Below, in pieces: positions 59,901 to 64,000 of a stretch of 64,000 bases of DNA. The DNA lies in assembly GCA_964199315.1 (NCBI GenBank), contig OZ116707.1, positions 6,882,001 through 6,946,000 on the forward strand, written 5' to 3'. The translations under genes and the position numbers were made by a program. Position 1 is the stretch's first letter. Each line of letters opens with the position of its first letter. The notes under the pieces were generated by a model that worked only from the letters and a program-made list of their open reading frames with translations, did not search any database and was not told the DNA's origin. This DNA comes from Orbicella franksi (taxonomy: Eukaryota).

Positions 59901-61433
59901 TAGAGATACCAAGGCATATCCTGTTACAAAAGTGAAGGAAATGGTTTCAGAATGTAGTTGTAACACCCAACAGTACTGACAGTGAAAGACGCTGGTATTT
60001 AAAAATAGTATACAGCTGATCTGGGGACGAGAATAGGTATTAGTGGCATCTGAGTTCACATAGCTGTTAGGTCAGGACACCCTCACCACAACACAACCCA
60101 TTCTCATCCTTGTGTTGACTTTTTGATCATCCTGATTCTCGCTCTTCTGGAGTATAGTAAAACATATGAGAGTGATCTGAGTAATTTGGTTACGAAAACG
60201 TTATTAAATAAAGAAGTACTTAGTTAGGAGAACAATAATTGTCACCAAGTCGATGCTCATTTTGAAGTGTTTTCCAAATGCATCGTAATCCCATTATAAC
60301 CAAAGAGCAAGGAAGGTTTCAGTGTAAGATAATGAGTGTTACTAAAGCGAATATACACTGTGCGAACCTGTACACATTGGTTGACTTTGCAGTGTTTGGA
60401 GCAGATAAGGAGGTAAAATCTTTGTGGCTTGTGCAATGCAGCTGAGATTACGAAGGTCACCATGTTGTCGATTTCAATTACAGCGTTCTGTAAAGATTTG
60501 ATATCAATTTTGATATCAAGTTTTAACATCGGCTAAATAGTATGTTTTACTTTACAAACATCAGTGGAAAATGGAAAGAAAGAATAAAAACACTAGAAAA
60601 GTTTTGCAAACTGACCGGTCTATAAACAGGACTAGTAGAAGTAATGGACCGTGACTAAATTTGCAAATATTCCGGCCACGTTTTCCTGACTTTTCCACGT
60701 AGCGTCTGGGGATCACTGCTAATTCAGCAATGCTACCTATTAAAACCGTTTCTGAGTTTTAGTTTTTGTCGGATCCCTGTATCTTAAACGTGGCATTATT
60801 AATTAAAACAACATGAGAGCATTTTGAATGAAAACAATCTGAATTAGCGTGACAACTAATTTGCATAATGAAGTGTGAGATTCACGCAAAGCACAGAAAG
60901 TTCGAAGTCGCTGTGGGAAAGAAAGATAAAAAACGCAAGGTATTTTTATATTTATATGCTTCCTAACCCTTGTTTAGCAGAATTCAGTTAGATTTTTGAG
61001 CGGCCGGGTCTGGACTTGGGAAATAAACGCCAGCGAAGACAAGCTACTTTCGCAGGTTCTCAGAAAGTGATATAATGGGCGGTAAAAGATAAATTTTCAG
61101 GATCCCCCAAAACAAAATATATCAAAAGTAACGTGCATTTCTTACCCTTGAAGGATCACTTAATGCAGGGATAATAACAATTTTTTGTTACGTACGGTGG
61201 TCTTTGAGCAGCGAGCTCGTCAATTTAGGCAATTTTCCGTTCTCGGAGCGCTCAAATTTAGGCGTTTCCCGGCTATGATTGTTTTGAGCTCTAAAAAAAT
61301 ATATTTTGACATATTTGCAAAAACTTAAGTCTTTGCATTTACTTATGACACAAGATAGTTCACCGAGAAAAGTTTGAGGGAAAACTTTTTTCCGACCATA
61401 AATGCAGTGGACCGCTTTTAGAGAGACTACCAC
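56949..61433 (+). mobile_element. Complete non-autonomous Sola3-like element C (4485 bp, about 600-bp TIRs, TTAA TSD)
   Basis: TTAA|GTGGCAGTCTCTCTAAAAGCGG ... CCGCTTTTAGAGAGACTACCAC|TTAA. The TIRs align over about 56949-57555 and 60815-61433. It retains only the N-terminal (about 58810-59165) and C-terminal (about 59380-59979) transposase pieces. Confidence 0.85.
57845..58250. mobile_element. PIF/Harbinger-type MITE nested in element C
   Basis: TTA|GGCCCGGTTCAGACGTTGTGC ... GCACGACGTCTGAACTGGGCC|TGA. GGCCC termini and a 3-bp TSD with one mismatch. Confidence 0.85.
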
Positions 61434-61604
61434 TTAATGACTGATTAATTTATTGGAAATCTATGGATATTCAGTTGTTGATTGTTGATTATTTTCAGTG
61501 ATAGATGAGTTATTGATAGGCCACAAAATTTGACTCCAGATGATAAGTTACAATAAATTATAAATTATCAATATAAAGAAAGAAAAACATCTAGTCCCTT
61601 TTAA

Positions 61605-63889
61605 TTAAGTAAACCGCTTAGCTGTCTCATTCTGCCCCTTTGTTAACTTTTGGCAGACAACTTGTTGATCACGTGATGTGCTCAACAAGATAGCTTTCCG
61701 TCCACTATTCAGGGCAGCTAGAAATGCATTTCCTGTAGGAGAGAAGCATAAGTCATATAAGAAAACTTTACATGTATAGTACATAAATCTACAGTTTAAT
61801 AATCTTCCTCCCCTTTAGTATAAACATTTTCAATACATCTTTCAGACTTTGGCAAAGAAAAGATTGTTACTGTAGTTCTACGTTGTGTACAGTAATGACC
61901 TGCAAATTTCTCATTCCACTGTCACACAATCAAATTTTGTCACTCCATTTTCCATGTTAGGTACATCTTAGAAATTAAAATAAGCAAAGAAATACTAGTA
62001 AGATAAGTTTTGTACATTACCAACTTCTTTACTGCGTCCTATTTCCAGAACAGTGTCCCCATCCTTTGCAAACCAGCTGATCAACAGCTTGTAAAATGCA
62101 ATGGGGTACTCCTCCCCCAATTTTGCATCAATCACCTAAACAATGTTTGGAGGTGGGGATGAAAAGTTCACATGGCTGTCGCCTACAATCCTGGAGGAAC
62201 CCCAGTGGCCAACAATAAATGCGGAAACCACCTCTTGCATGTTGGTACCTGCTAGCAGGTACAAACAGACAAAGTTTCAATGAATGATTGTGCATGTACA
62301 AACAAGGTTTAGCCAAGATACACCAGTAAACACTTTAAGCTCTCATAAATCTGTTGACGGCCACCCCGTTGACAGCCAACGGCTACATTCTGAAATCCCA
62401 ACCAGTATAATCCTTTATAATTTTACCCCGTTTATACCGCCACTCAAACCAGTTAATTATGTTTATCTTTCCAATGTAAATATTGTATGGACTGATTGAA
62501 GTTTCGTTTTTTTTTAGTTATATCTGCATTTTTTTTGGATGTTTCAAAATTAAAGAACAGTTGTTTAGAAGTGCAATTGTTATATATCTGTTAAGACTTC
62601 ACTCAATTTAGATCGGCGATGAAATTTTACCCTACCCTGTTAATACGGCCACCCTGTTAATATGGCCAAAGTTTCATGGCCCGTTGATGACAGGATTAAC
62701 GGGGTTCCTTTGTACTTCCCACTAGCAATTCTTGCTAACTACTGTTACTTGCAATGCAAGTAAAGAGATGAAGGAGTCGACCACTTTTAAAACTACAGAG
62801 AGCCACATTTACTGATTTGAAAATGACTACTTCTAAGTTCCCATACCATCAAATGTTGTAGGTTTGCTCACCTTGTTTTCTGCTAGGTTGCCTCTTATGA
62901 TGGACAAACCCTTGCTGAGTCATGCTTGCCCCTTCCCTTGAAAAAACATCTGCCACACTATGTGCCAAAGAAACCGGACACATAATGGTACAGTTGAAAG
63001 AGCTTAGGATGGTAAAATTGAGCCTTGCAATCAGGTTTACTATTTGGACACATTCCTGCTCCAATCCAGATGAGTCTGGTAAGAAAAGTACACAGCAAAA
63101 TGATAGAAGAAATTGCCAACATCATGTAAAAACCAGTGAAATTAATTGTAAAAATTCTCATAAAATGACTGGTTGTGAGCTTTTGTCATGATATCGGTAA
63201 ATAGATAATTGAAACAAAGAAATAATTTTGTAAAGTCTGCAACAATTTTAGTGGTATCTAGAAATCAACAATTTACCTAATCAAAATGTTCAAAACAGTG
63301 CAGACCATAGAATTTAATAAATGTATGCTAGATATCATCAAGGCATCTGGAAGACAAGGCACATGACTTGTATGCTTGTGTCTTTCAAATAAACAGAAAA
63401 AGTCATAGTCCAAATGTAAGATCCCCTTTGTTATCATGCACAGTTTGTCATTTTATAATAATTTCTGAGCCTTAATTTATCAAGCTCTCCTTGAAATTTG
63501 AGATTCAGACATCAGCAATTCATTTTTGATATTATCCCTTTCCCACTTCTCTCTATAACATTACCCACCCACTGAGCGGTTCTGTACAAACAAACATACT
63601 AGAACGTTTCTGTACCTCACCATCAAAGCCAACAACTCCAATGGCAAGGGAGATGCCTGCAAAGTTTGATTTAAACTACTGCATACTTTGTGTCATGTGA
63701 TCAAGATTTGATCTAAAGATGCATGACCCTTCTTACTACCATCATTGCTCGTAAATTCTTCAATCTCACTGCAGGTTCCATGTTCAGTCTCTCCGGAAGA
63801 TTCACTTTCCTTCAACCTCTTCAAGAACACTTGGAAATCATGCAAAGCCTCAAAATTTCCCTTAAATGAGAAAACAGCGGCAACATTAC
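61605..63889 (-). pseudogene. Spliced gene encoding a beta-class DNA N6A/N4C-methyltransferase-like domain (one in-frame stop; 5' part probably outside the window)
   Basis: Exons 63740-63889, 63621-63656, 62872-63075, 62021-62248 and 61605-61732 are all GT-AG bounded and phase 1, and join in frame. The C-terminus EYPIAFYKLLISWFAKDGDTVLEIGRSKEVGNAFLAALNSGRKAILL parallels KP..L...LI...s..GD.VLDPF.GSGTT..AA..lgR..ig.E. Confidence 0.65.
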
Positions 63890-64000
63890 CTTCAATTACA
63901 TGTAGTTACTAACATATAAAACAAAAGGTTTCTTACTTGCATGACCTTGTCAACATTAATGGTTTTATAATGCATGCCTTACAACCCTGTACATCTATGT

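Noticed and set aside
56945-61437. piggyBac assignment based on the TTAA TSD
   Set aside because: The termini are not CC(C/T)...(A/G)GG and the protein remnants show no piggyBac motifs.
63540-63620. SMFVCTEPL as the methyltransferase DPPY-like motif IV
   Set aside because: It lies past a good phase-1 GT donor at 63620 and runs into a stop, so it is most likely intronic.
1-64000. tRNA, rRNA or other hammerhead cores
   Set aside because: No recognisable tRNA or rRNA signatures were seen by eye. Other CTGATGA hits (for example near 4215, 27020 and 31825) lack stem II and GAAA geometry.

Overview
AT-rich eukaryotic DNA with spliceosomal introns; the A/C-rich start contexts (aaacATGGC) and the transposon repertoire suggest a cnidarian, probably a stony coral (inference). 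I see no rRNA, tRNA, CRISPR array or intact host gene. The window is a nested transposon graveyard. It holds: (1) three TTAA-targeting, Sola3-like DNA transposon derivatives plus further termini; (2) Harbinger-type Myb/MADF and nuclease remnants; (3) a Merlin (ISXO2-like) transposase; (4) a 5'-truncated Penelope-like element with a minimal hammerhead ribozyme; (5) a KDZ/HMGXB3-like transposase convergent with a PHD-finger gene; (6) a full-length DIRS1-like element with complete ITR/ICR ends; (7) a Crypton with hairpin and inverted-repeat ends; (8) Gypsy and Tx1/L1 fragments, a Polinton-like fragment and two HECT remnants; (9) an Ngaro-like element with an SGNH hydrolase ORF; (10) several MITEs and tandem arrays. 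The most unusual signal is at 61.6-63.9 kb (minus strand) and is largely missed by the ORF track. Five phase-1 exons splice in frame into a protein resembling a prokaryote-type beta-class DNA N6A/N4C methyltransferase with degenerate catalytic motifs. Family assignments come from motif recall, not database searches.
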